Below, in pieces: positions 11,406 to 22,726 of a DNA stretch of 64,000 nucleotides. The position numbers were made by a program, and so were the translations under genes. The DNA comes from Felis catus (Eukaryota): contig NC_058368.1 in the NCBI RefSeq assembly GCF_018350175.1, positions 225,682,001 through 225,746,000 of the forward strand. Reading direction: 5' to 3'. Within the stretch, counting starts at the first letter, position 1, and every line of letters starts with the position of its first letter. The notes under the pieces were generated by a model. It saw only the letters and a list, made by a program, of their open reading frames with translations. It did not search any database and was not told the DNA's origin.

Positions 11406-13149
11406 GGTTTCTAGGTCTCTCTACCTGGAATTCTACTCCTTCCCCGCTCCATCCCACCCATTTAGCTAACCCATCCTTCCAGTCTCAGCTTAGATATGGA
11501 CTTTGACGTTCTCCATTGAACCCCACATGAAAAACACCCCCCCAGACCAAGTCAAGCTTCCTCCTCTCTAGCTCAGTCCCACCGTGACCCTTGACGTGCT
11601 CTCGTGCCATCTTGGCATCGCCTGTTGCCTTCTCTACAATCCCCAGTAGAGAATGTAGACTTAATTGTGTGTTTTTCTTCACAGTGCCCTTACTAGGAGC
11701 TCAGTCAGTGATCTGTCAAGTGCTAAAAATCTGTGAGGGAGGGAACGAGGAAATTCCCCATTTAGCCACCCGGGGGGAAACTTTCTAGATAAGACGGTTC
11801 AAGTGGAGTTCTTGGCAACACAATATGAACCTGCCCTGACGTTTTTCAATCACAAACATCCTGCATTCTCGATCAACTGATGTATTCCCCCTGTGCTGCT
11901 GCCTTATACAGTGCAGTAACAGCAGAGATCGTGATGTCTCACCTAATACCTCTTGGAGCTCTCAAGGACCAGTCCAGCTTCACCTACAATTACATTATGA
12001 AAATCAGGCCCAAGCAAGGCTTGGGGCCAGGCATAGCCCAGGGGACGCACAGACACAGTGACAGGGGCATTGCCCTCCAGGTTACTGCATTGCTGGGAGA
12101 GAAGACATGCATGTCCAAACGATAAGCCATATGGAACCATCGCCTCTAGGAATAAAGACACAGCTTCTTCAGGAGAGGGCTCCCCGTGGACTGAAGTGCT
12201 CAGGGAAGCATTGCAGAGGAGGAGATCTTTAAAGGGAAGTTACATTTTAATTGGCGACACATTGGAAGTAGAAGTAGGACGGAAGCGTGACCGTTCACAG
12301 AAACACTGGGAAGTAAATGTAAACATTAGAGCGTTGGCGATTGTGTCCACTAAATAGCTTTGACCTCGACCAGTGCTTGACTTAATTATACACCAGTATG
12401 TGTTTTGGTTGTTGTTGCTGCCAGGTCTTTGTATTGAAAGCCTTGAAACTAATGACCATCCGGGTCTTCTGGTAAAGAAATTTCCATCGTACGTGACAGA
12501 GGGAAAGGGGGGGACAGTATTGTAGTCAGCAAAGTCAACGTGGCACCAGGTCTGAATTAGTTGGCTTACACAAAACACATTTAGTTCTTGGAAGGCAAGG
12601 ATTCATATCGGCTGGGGAAGTGTTCGTACTAAAGGTGAGAGTCCCGCCTGAACCCCCCGGTGAACAGCCGTGCGGGGGATTCCCAGGTGTGTCCCCACCG
12701 AGAGGCTGAGGGGAGGGTGACCTGGTTTGGATTTTGCTGCCTTGTGATTCTGACACGTTTCAGTTCTCTGACCACTTGGACTACATTGCCAGACCTTTTC
12801 CCCTTATTCTTTGGTAATAGAGCCCGCAAGAGGTATTTTTATAGACATCTTACTAGAATCATCCTTAGGCTCTTGAGCTATGAGGATAAGGATGAAAAAA
12901 AAAGCCACAGAGCTTGTTCGTGTATGAGTCGAGTTCAGCTGAGCAGTCCCTGGAGTGGGCACTGCCCTCTCCTAAGCCGCTTGACAGGGCCTGGCGAGGA
13001 CAGCACGTCTGTTCATAGCCGGGTCGTGCCGACTCCATCTTGGCCACATCCCAGGAAGGCGGGGACGTGACAGCAGGTCACCACGGCGCCGGGAAAAGTG
13101 ATGTGACTTTCTGTGTGTCGTTGCAGAAATTTAGACTGGGTGTTCTTTT

Positions 13150-14213
13150 AAATTTTTTTTCTTTATATTTATGTATTTTGAGAGAGAGAAAGTGAGCATG
13201 AGCGGGAGAGCGGCAGGGAGAGATTCTCAAGCAGATTCTCAAGCAGATTCTCAAGCAGAGCCCGACGTTAGGGCTTGACCCCATGAACTGTGAGATCGAG
13301 ACCTGAGTAGGACGCTTAACCAGTTGAGCCACCCAGGCGCCCGGGGGTGGACATTCTTAATGAAGCTGAGTTGGGTCTCTAGAAGGAATTTGCTCTGTTT
13401 GTCCTTGAGGTTAGTGAAGAAAGTTTAGAAAAAGATGTGGAAGTAAATTTAGTAGGCAGAGCAGAGAGCTCTTTGTGATGGGCGCGAAACTTAACACGAA
13501 AGCAGGTATTTCTCTGGCTGTAATTCAAGCCGAGGCATTCCGTAGACTTCCGATAAGGTGTGGGACGCTCTTTCCTTCATAAAACTTTCTATTTGTTCAT
13601 GGAACAAATATATTGCTCATTAGAACTGACACTTGTTTCATCATAGCTTCCCCACTACCATGCTTCCCCAAGATTTGACTTTCTTACTTAAAAAAAAAAT
13701 TTTTTTTAATGTTTGTTTATTTTTGAGAGAGACAGACAGAGCACGAGCAGGGGAGGGTCAGAGAGAGGAGACACAGAATCCGAAACAGGCTCCAGGCTCT
13801 GAGCTGTCAGCACAGCCCGACACGGGGCTCGAACTCACAGACTGTGAGATCATGACCTGAGCCGAAGCCGGACGCTCAACCGACTGAACCAGCCAGGCGC
13901 CCCCAACTTTCTTACTTTTAAATGCTCATCAAAGCAACAGCATTAGAGGAAGATCTTTCATATTGAAAAAATAGTCTCAAAGAAGTCAAAATACTTAAAG
14001 TCCAGTCTTGATGAAAACTACTTCTAATCCATGGTTTTGATAAACAGATTCCTATTTCTGAAAACTTTTTATTAAAAAAAATAAGCTGGGGTGCCTGGGT
14101 GGCTCAGTCAGTTAAGTGTTTGCCTTCGACACAGATCATGATCTCACAGTTCATGAGTTTGAGCCCTGAGTTGGGCTTGGTGCTGACAGCTCAGAGCCTG
14201 AAGCCTGCTTCAG

Positions 14214-14265
<52 letters not shown>

Positions 14266-15262
14266 CCTCCCCAACTCATGCTCTGTTTCTCAAAAATAAA
14301 AATGTTAAAAATAAATAAGCCTTATACTTGTAGCTTCTGTCCTTTTTTTTTCTTTTGCCAAAGATGTAGTCTCTTCATGCATCAACCGAGCGTATCATTG
14401 CAATTATAGGAAGAGGGTTCCGTGAAACACTTTTCTAGAAGTGTCTGTGGTAGAGTTTTGCCAAGTACTCAGGAATCCAGAGTGGGAGTAAGTAAAGCTT
14501 CTGTGAGTCACGTGGTGGTAGGAATCTTTATTTGCTTTTTTGCCCACATGTCAGAAGAGACAGAACAGAGTCTGGGGAAATGTGCTATTAAGAAAACGTA
14601 ATGCATCATTATAGGCTAGAATGACTCACCGGAGCATAAATCAAAACATCATGAGAGAGAGTGTCATTTAGCCCCCTGCCCACTGCCACCAAAATGTTTC
14701 CACGCTGTTAATAGAGGAGCATAAAAACGTGGCACCTAGTTTTTCTAGGGAATGATTCAGAATTTCTTATGCATGCAGTAATTCTGAAATTACACAATTA
14801 AAAGCTACCTTGATTGAGGGAGGGTCTTAATATTTTCACATCTTTTCAAATCATGGGAATTCTGATACAACGCTAGTAATTAGATACACTTCCCTTATGT
14901 CATGAGCGTGGATTCAGGTGTCTGTTCCTAGATACAGGCCAGCCAGTAGCTACGATCTTTGTAGTCTCAATTCTGGTATTCTTGTGATGGCCAAACTGAG
15001 ACGGGGTGGAAGTGGTGCCATTCTAATTTCAAACTCAGTCTTCAATTTTTTTAAATAAAGCTATTTATTTATTTGTTAAGTTTCTTTCTTTTGAGACAGC
15101 TAGTGTGAGTGGAGGAGGGGCAGAGAGATGAGGAGAGAGAATCCCAAGCAGGCTCCGTGCTGCCAGCACAGAGCCCAATGCAGGGCTCGAGTCCACGAAC
15201 CATGAGATCATGACCTGAGCCAAAGTTGGATGCTTAGCCAACTGAACCACCCAGGCGCCCCT
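13150..15262. mobile_element. Four dispersed SINEs: 13150-13343(-), 13700-13904(-), 14087-14310(+), 15060-15262(-)
   Basis: SINEC consensus motifs. The first carries a 3x gattctcaagca tandem repeat. Confidence 0.88.
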
Positions 15263-15725
15263 CTTTCCTTTTTTTCACATAGGGTATCTCTCTAGATTTC
15301 TTGTGACTTACACTTCGTGTAGGACTGGTGCTGGTTCATGAACTATTTGTCCCATGATGAGATAAGTGATTATAAACTTTAATGGCAACTTCATAGTCCG
15401 TTATGACTATTGAATCTAATAATAACCCCCCCAAAATGAGACTTTTCCATATTTTTGCTTTTTCTTTCTAATAACATATTTTTACTATATTTTACAAATG
15501 TCTTAGTACATGACAGAGGGAAAGTTGACAAAACAAAGCAGCCCTTCCCCAAGGGGAGTTTGAGAAGCACTGGAGTTTGAGTTCTAGAATGCACGGCTGT
15601 GTGTTTGGAGCAAACTTACGGAGAGAGAAGAAAGCCTTACCTCCCCTAGAGATCTCTGACCCAGAAAGAATCTCCTTTCACCAGCCATGTTCTTTGCTTC
15701 TGATGTGTCACTTTCCCTCGGGCAG

Positions 15726-15832
15726 GTCTTCCTCCGAGAATCCCTGGAGCAGAAACTGGAGAAGCGGCGGGAGGAGGAAGTTACGAGGGCAGCCATGGTG
15801 ATCCGGGCCCACATCTTGGGCTACTTAGCACG
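15726..15832 (+). CDS. MYO10: MYO10 exon 22 equivalent; VFLRESLEQKLE... and first IQ motif
   Basis: ggcag|GTC acceptor and CG|gtaagg donor. Completes the GKTKVFLR motif. Confidence 0.96.
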
Positions 15833-16674
15833 GTAAGGGGAGGGGAGAGGCCATCAAGCGCCAAGAGGAGGGCTTCCATACTATGTGTCCCCGGGCGGGG
15901 CAGCCCCTGTCATTTGCTTTCATTTACAGTAGACCTGGATGGAGGTTAGGACCAGGCTATGGAGAGTCTCGGGTCAGTGCTCGTAACTAGCGATGCCAGA
16001 TGCCCAGTTGGCTTGACCGGGACAGAAAGTAGGAAAGGGGCCTTCTGGTATCTCCATTAGAGCCATGGCAGGAGAGGACAGTGCTGAGATATTTAAATCG
16101 TTTACCCAGTTCCTCTGTACCGTGTATGGAAGCTGCGGGCAGTCTGGTTGTTTGGACTTTGCTGTTATCGCGTCCACAGAGGCCCGCTCTCCAGTGTTTG
16201 CCCAGCGAGGCAGCTTCTGGTCTGGTGCACTTGAGTCCTGTCCATCTCTGCGGACCTGAGCGCCACATGAAACCCCATGCCGTGACATTTTCTGAAGGAC
16301 AAAACCATCCTGCTGTGGCATTTCACCACCCCCTCCCCCTGCCCCCATCATGGGAACAGGAGACCATATCAAATCTCTTTTGGTCCTGTTTACAACCCAA
16401 CTTCTGCCAAGACCATTCAGAGTCAGCATTAGGGGTTATGGGTTTATTTAGCCAAGACAATGATAGGGTTCTTACTTTAGCTTTGTTTGTTATTATTCTT
16501 TTGTTTTTCTTCTGTTTTGTCCAAAGGGGCCTCCTGTTCACTCCCGTCTCTATAATGAGACTTTCCAAATAGGCCCTGTTCTTTTGTCTTGTAGCATTAA
16601 CGTAAACTCCTCTGGAGAGCTCGGAGCCTCGTTACCTCAACAATTCTGTTGTGCTGCTCTGTGTTCATTTTCAG

Positions 16675-16884
16675 GAAGCAATACAGAAAGGTCCTTTATT
16701 GCGTGGTGACCATACAGAAGAATTACAGAGCGTTCCTTCTGAGGAAGAGGTTTTTGCACCTGAAAAAAGCAGCCATAGTTTTGCAGAAGCAACTCCGAGG
16801 TCAGATCGCTCGGAGAGTTTACAGACGGCTGCTGGCGGAAAAACGGGAGGAGGAAGAAAAGAGGAAACGGGAGGAAGAGGAGAG
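16675..16884 (+). CDS. MYO10: MYO10 exon 23 equivalent; IQ2, IQ3 and start of SAH
   Basis: tttcag|G acceptor and AG|gtatgg donor. IQKNYRAFLLR and LQKQLRGQIARR IQ motifs. Confidence 0.96.
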
Positions 16885-17237
16885 GTATGGTGGCTTTCTT
16901 GCTCGGATGACGAGGGCGCCTTTTGAGTTTTAAAGTCAATATCTATTCTTGCAGCAAGAATTCCCAATGGATGCTGCAGAACCATCTATTTGAAACATTG
17001 CCTCTTGGCGGCTTGGGGATAAAATTCCTTGGTAGCATTGACAGCCGACTTCTGTGCGTTCTTACTCATGCACAGAGTGATTAATATACCAAAGGATAAG
17101 GGTCCCATCCTTCATTCTTTTTAAGTTGTCTTGAGCAAAGCATTTTTTTAAAAAAGTTGGCTCTCTCTGAAAAGTGCTTCTAGGATGTTTTCTCTGCTTC
17201 GGTTTATTTTCACTTTTTTTTTTTTTACTGTTTTTAG

Positions 17238-17283
17238 AGAAAGAGAGAGGGCTCGAAGAGAGGCTGAGCTCCGCGCCCAACAG
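17238..17283 (+). CDS. MYO10: MYO10 exon 24 equivalent; SAH (ERERARREAELRAQQ)
   Basis: Long T tract then tttttag|A acceptor; CAG|gtaaag donor. 46 nt, phase consistent. Confidence 0.93.
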
Positions 17284-17444
17284 GTAAAGAGTGCCACGAC
17301 CACGCGGCCTCTCGTCTACCCGTTTCCTTCCCGCGTCAAACACGCTGAATCAAGGATTTGGAGCTAAAATAAAGTATAAAGCTACAAGAAGAATTTTAAA
17401 GGAGATCTTTACGATGCAACCCATTACAACCGAGTATAAAGACT

Positions 17445-18070
17445 GTATTAGTTTGCTAGTCCTGCCATAACAAAATACCACAGCCTACGTGGATTCGACA
17501 ACAGAAATGGTTATCTCACGATCGTGAAGGCTAGACACCCAAGAGGAAGTTATCAGCAGATTGGGTTTCTTCTGAGGCCTCTCTCCTTGGCTTGCACACG
17601 GCCACCTTCTCCCTCTGTCCTCCTGAGGTCTTACGTCCGTGTGCGTGCATCCCTGGTGTCTCGGTGTGTCCCAGTCTCCTCTTCCTATAAGGACACCAGT
17701 CGTTGGGTGACAGTCACCACCTCATGGCCTTGTTCTAACTCTGTCACTTCTCTAAAAGCCCTTTCTCCGGGTGTGGCCGGGGGGCTCAGTTAAGCGATGG
17801 ACTCTTGATTTCTGCTCAGGTCATGATCTTGCTGTTGGTGAGATCGAGTCCTGTGTGGGGCTCCGGGCCGAGAGCACGGAGCCTGCCTGGGATTCCCTCT
17901 CCCTCTCTCTTTGTCCCTCCCCTGTGCGTGCCCTCGCGCGCTCTCTCGCGCTCTCTCTCTCTCAAAATAAACTTTAGAAATAAAAGCCCTGTCTCCAAAT
18001 ACACATTCTGAGGTACTGAAGATGAGGTTTCAGGGCATTCAGCTTGGAGGGGGCGGCACACACACAGTCT
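17445..18070. mobile_element. MLT1B/C-like LTR interrupted by a + strand SINE (about 17770-17975)
   Basis: tgtattagtttgctag..ctgccataacaaaataccaca start. ccctgtctccaaatacacattctgaggtactg resumes after the SINE. Confidence 0.7.
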
Positions 18071-18176
18071 TCCCCTAACACCCACCTCTCCTCACGCTCT
18101 TGACTGCAAAGGAGGGAACGATGCTTGCCCTCCTCGCAGTGACCCTGGCTGACCTCTTCCCTCTTCTTCGGCCCAG

Positions 18177-19043
18177 GAGGAAGCCGCGAGGAAGCAGCAA
18201 GAACTGGAAGCCTTGCAGAAGAGTCAGAGGGAGGCCGAGCTGCGCCGTGACCTGGAGAAGCAGAAGGAAAACAAGCAGGTGGAGGAGATCCTCCGGCTGG
18301 AGAAGGAGATCGAGGACCTGCAGCGCATGAAGGAGCGGCAGGAGCTGTCCTTGACCGAGGCCTCCCTGCAGAAGCTGCAGCAGCTGCGGGACCAGGAGCT
18401 CAAGAGGCTGGAGGACGAGGCGTGCCGGGCGGCGCAGGAGTTCCTGGAGTCGCTCAACTTCGACGAGATCGACGAGTGCGTCCGCAACATCGAGCGCTCC
18501 CTGTCGGTGGGCAGCGAGTTCTCGGGCGAGCCGGCGGCGCCCGCGGAGAGCGCGTGCGCAGAGAAGCCCAGCTTCAACTTCAGCCAGCCCTACCCGGAGG
18601 AGGAGGTGGACGAGGGCTTCGAGGCGGACGACGACGCCTTCAAGGATTCGCCCAACCCCAGCGAGCGCGGCCACTCGGACCAGCGGACCAGCGGCATCCG
18701 CACCAGCGACGAGTCCTCGGAGGAGGACCCCTACATGAACGACACGGTGGTGCCCACGAGCCCCAGCGCGGACAGCACGGTGCTCCTCGCCCCGTCGGAG
18801 CGCGGCTCGTCCGGAGGGGAGCCCACCTACTGCTTGCCCCAGAACGGCGGGGGCCTCCCCTCCCCGGACGGCGACTACGACTACGACCAGGACGACTACG
18901 AGGACGGCGCCATCACCTCGGGCAGCAGCGTGACCTTCTCCAACTCGTACGGCAGCCAGTGGTCCCCGGACTACCGATGCTCCGTGGGCACCTACAACAG
19001 CTCCGGGGCCTACCGCTTTAGCTCGGAAGGGGCGCAGTCCTCG
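18177..19043 (+). CDS. MYO10: MYO10 exon 25 equivalent; SAH, antiparallel coiled coil and PEST region
   Basis: gcccag|GAG acceptor and TCG|gtgagt donor. 867 nt; contains KENKQVEEILRLEKEIEDLQRMKE. Confidence 0.97.
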
Positions 19044-19888
19044 GTGAGTGCGGACCACGGTGGGGGGGAAGGAGGAGGTCTGCAGTCCACACCCCGGGTG
19101 CCCCCTCTCCTGGAAGGACGAGCCAAGATTTCCAAGGCAGGCTCTTGAAGATGCTCCCCAAACCCCCTTCTCTTGCGGAAAGCAGTGGCATCAGCAAATG
19201 GAACTTTGAGGTGCCTGTTGTAGGTTGAACAGAGCCCGGAATTGCAATTTTGCGTTTTGCCCCGAGCCTAAGGAAACTGGCATTGTCCGTGGAAACTTGA
19301 GCCTGGTCTGTCCTAGCTTCCCAGCAGGTTGGGAAATACGACCTGCTCGGAATTAGAGCTAGAATTGCCAAGGGCATCCTGGAGAAGCGGCCCTTACGGT
19401 AGCTTCACGGTCCACCCCACGGGATGTTCTGCCCTGTGCGGGTTGTAAGGGAGGACCGTTTAGTGCTTATATGTGCTCTTTCCAACTTGTGGGTTTATTT
19501 ATAGTTTACTCTAATTTTCCCCCATTGACTGCGCATTAAATACCCCCTTGATTTTCTAAGACTTGAAGATATTTTTATCATAGTAATTTAAAGGGAATTA
19601 ACTTTTGGATGGTTTGATTAAAATTATACCCTTGAACAGCAGTGTTTTTAGAACAGCCTTTGGATTCAAGTCTGTCTCGCATTTTATGTATCCATTGGGT
19701 GGGCCATTCGACCTTAAAAGTCAGTATTTGGAGATTCTTTTGATGACCACCGGTGTTGTAATGGTACGAATCCACGTGTTGCCTCTTTGTCAGTTTCTGT
19801 TTTGTTCAATGTCAATCGATGGCTGGGCATTTTTGTTGCTTTTTCTGTTTTGCTCACCACTGGCTCTCTTTCTCTTCTCCTTGTCCAG

Positions 19889-20012
19889 TTTGAAGATAGC
19901 GAAGAGGACTTTGATTCTCGGTTTGATACAGACGATGAGCTTTCTTACCGGCGGGACTCTGTGTATAGCTGTGTCACCCTGCCTTACTTCCACAGCTTTC
20001 TGTACATGAAAG
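19889..20012 (+). CDS. MYO10: MYO10 exon 26 equivalent; end of PEST and start of PH1N
   Basis: gtccag|TTT acceptor and AAAG|gtatga donor. FEDSEEDFDSR...HSFLYMK. Confidence 0.96.
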
Positions 20013-20641
20013 GTATGACCTGTGTCACCAGGGTGTCAGGGTTGGGGGTGGAGCCTTATCACTTGGGCTGATCGAGGGGCACCAGGAACGTCAGTCTCTG
20101 TTCCCCCTTCCCCTTACCTGGTGTTAGGTCCTCTTAGGTGAGTGAAGAGTGCCCTGGTGTCATGACATGGGTGACGTGATCATGCCATGGAGAGCTGCTT
20201 TGACTTTCCACAGTTGGTCCACCGAGTTAGGACAGAGGGTGCAGCCCCTGCCACCATATTCCATCCCTCGCTCCTCTCTCTTGCCTCCCCATCTCGTTTC
20301 TGTGCTCTTTTCCTTTCTTCCTACATCTCCCCTCCCCTGCCCCCAATTTTTCTCTCTTACACACGCGTGTCCACACACACACACGTGCTTCTGCAGGAGT
20401 TGGTATAGCCCATTGTAATGATACACTACACTTTTCCCTCCCACACCAGTGTCCAAGAACCCAGAAAGGTTTCCTGCATATCCATGGGGGAACTGTAAAG
20501 ATTTGAGAGAATGGTGCACCTTGCCTTGACTGCTTATGACACCTGCTGTCTGCCCCATCCTTCATGATGAGGATTTTGGTTGTATGTGTTGAGTATTAAA
20601 TTTTGAACACGCTGAGCTGACCCTTCATACTTAAGGACTTC

Positions 20642-20767
20642 GGGGGCGCCTGGGTGGCGCAGTGGGTTAAGTGTGGGACTCTTGATTTAGGCTCAGGTCA
20701 CCATCTCTTGGTCCTAGAGTTCAAGCCCCGCGTCAGGCTTTGTGCTGACAGAGCAGAGCCTGCTTGG

Positions 20768-20822
<55 letters not shown>

Positions 20823-20850
20823 TTAATACAGAAACTTAAAAAAAATAAAA
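20642..20850 (+). mobile_element. Carnivore SINE with target-site duplication (atacttaaggactt)
   Basis: SINE head, (CT)n and A tail, flanked by a direct repeat. Confidence 0.9.
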
Positions 20851-21964
20851 TACTTAAGGACTTGGAAGCATTCTGCTTTTGGAAAAGAACTTAATTAGAA
20901 CCTTCTAGTCCTACCTTATTCCTGTTGTCAACTCTGACTTCTGAATCGGTGACAGGGAGTGTGAGAAGTCACCGTCATCACCATGTTTTGGTAGGAGTTT
21001 CACTTGGATCACTGAAGGAAGGGACTGCCTGGTTTCCCACATGCCCCTCAACTGGACGCGGGAAGGGGTCTGGATCTTGGGGAGGAGGCAGGGATAAGAA
21101 CCACTGCCTGCCGGATGGCACCCTTCACTCCGCCCTGCCTTTTCTTTCCCTTCCCCGTTTCGTGGTCAGCGAGTGCGTCTTCTCTGACTCTTCACTTTCT
21201 TTCTGCGGCTGTCTTTCTTCATTTGCTTTGCCTTTCCTTTTCTCCTCCATGGAAAAGTTTTTTCTTCTGTTTTCCCTTTCCCTGTTCCTTCTGTTCTTTG
21301 CTTCTCTCCTCTTCAACTGACATATTTCTTTTTTCATATCATTTGTCCTCCTCCGTATTTTTTCTTTTCTTCACTTACGTTTTTCTTTTAATTTGATTTT
21401 TTTTTCTACTTCTGTCTCTGTCTTCAACATCAGTCTAGTTACTAACATCAGTCACTCGCTTTTCAAATTTCTGCTGTGCTCAGCCCCAGATCCCCAAGGC
21501 GCTCATGGAAAACCCCACCAGGTTTAGTTTAGGGACCATCTTCCTGTTGCCTGGAGTCACTGGTTAGTGGAAATTTTTATGGTTGTGCTGAATGAAAAAG
21601 ATTGAAAAATCCTAACCAAGCAATCAAGTGTTCATTGGAATAATCGATGAAAGAAAAAAATTAATCGCAAATCAGAACCTAATCTAATAAGTATCGAATC
21701 AGCATTCTGAGATTTTCTCGTATAAGGAAAAAAAAAAGATTTTGTCATGCATTTCTCAGAATAAATATAAGCTTTTATTATTAATATATTTCCCCTGCCC
21801 CTAATTAATCTAGTTCCCTAAATGAGCTTTAAAAATTCCCTATACGTCACTCTTACTTAGAATATATGACATTGGCTTATTGCATAATTGTCTGATTAAA
21901 GCAAATGAGACTAGGGAAAAGTAAAGCTATATTCAAAGCATCAAAATTGTAAGATTAAACAATG

Positions 21965-22726
21965 AGGGGTGCCTGGGTGGCTCAGTCGGTTGAGCATCCA
22001 ACTTCAGCTCAGGTCATGATCTCAACGGTTCATGGGTTTGAGCCCCACATCAGGCTCTGTGCTGACAGCTCAGAGCCTAGAACTTGCTTCAGATTCTGTT
22101 GTCTCTCTCTCTGCCCCTCACTTGTGTTTGTTTTTTCTCTCTCTCTCTCTCTTTTTTCTCGAAAATAAACATTTTTTAAAAAAGATTAAAGCATTAAAAG
22201 CTCAAGAAGGTAAGCAAGTAAATTTTTGGCAAACTCCTCTTAATAAAACAAATTATATAAATGAATCACCTTTAAAAAAAATTTTTTTTAATGTTTATTT
22301 ATTTTTGAGACAGAGAGAGACAGAGCTTGAATGGGAGAGGGTCAGAGAGAGAGAGGGAGACACAGAATCTGAAACAGGCTCCGGGCTCCGAGCTGTCAGC
22401 ACAGAGCCCGACGTGGGGCTTGAACCCACAGACTGCAAGATCATGACCTGAGCCGAAGTCGGACGCTTAACCAACTGAGCCACCCAGGCGTCCCAAAATG
22501 AATCACCTTTAAAAAAATTTTTTTTAATGTTTTTATTTATTTTTGAGAGACAGAGACAGAAAACTAGTGAGGGAGGGACAGAGAGAGAGGGAGACACAGA
22601 ATCCGAAGCAGGCTCCAGGCTCTGAGCTGTCAGCAGAGCCCAATGCGAGGCTCGAACCCACGAACTGTGAGACCATAACCTGAGCCGAAGTCGGACGCTC
22701 AACCGACTGAGCCACCCAGGCACCCC
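21965..22726. mobile_element. SINE cluster: 21965-22182(+), 22274-22494(-), 22511-22726(-)
   Basis: Full-length SINEC_Fc-type copies. Confidence 0.9.

Noticed and set aside
18075..19058. 327-aa minus-strand ORF and the 199-aa alternative-frame plus ORF (18422-19021)
   Set aside because: Shadows of the GC3-rich MYO10 exon 25. They coincide with the exon and have low-complexity composition with no recognisable domain.
21125..21337. K/R/E-rich minus-strand ORF resembling a charged helix or processed pseudogene
   Set aside because: Explained by the purine-rich complement of a pyrimidine tract. No poly(A)/TSD and no recognisable parent gene.
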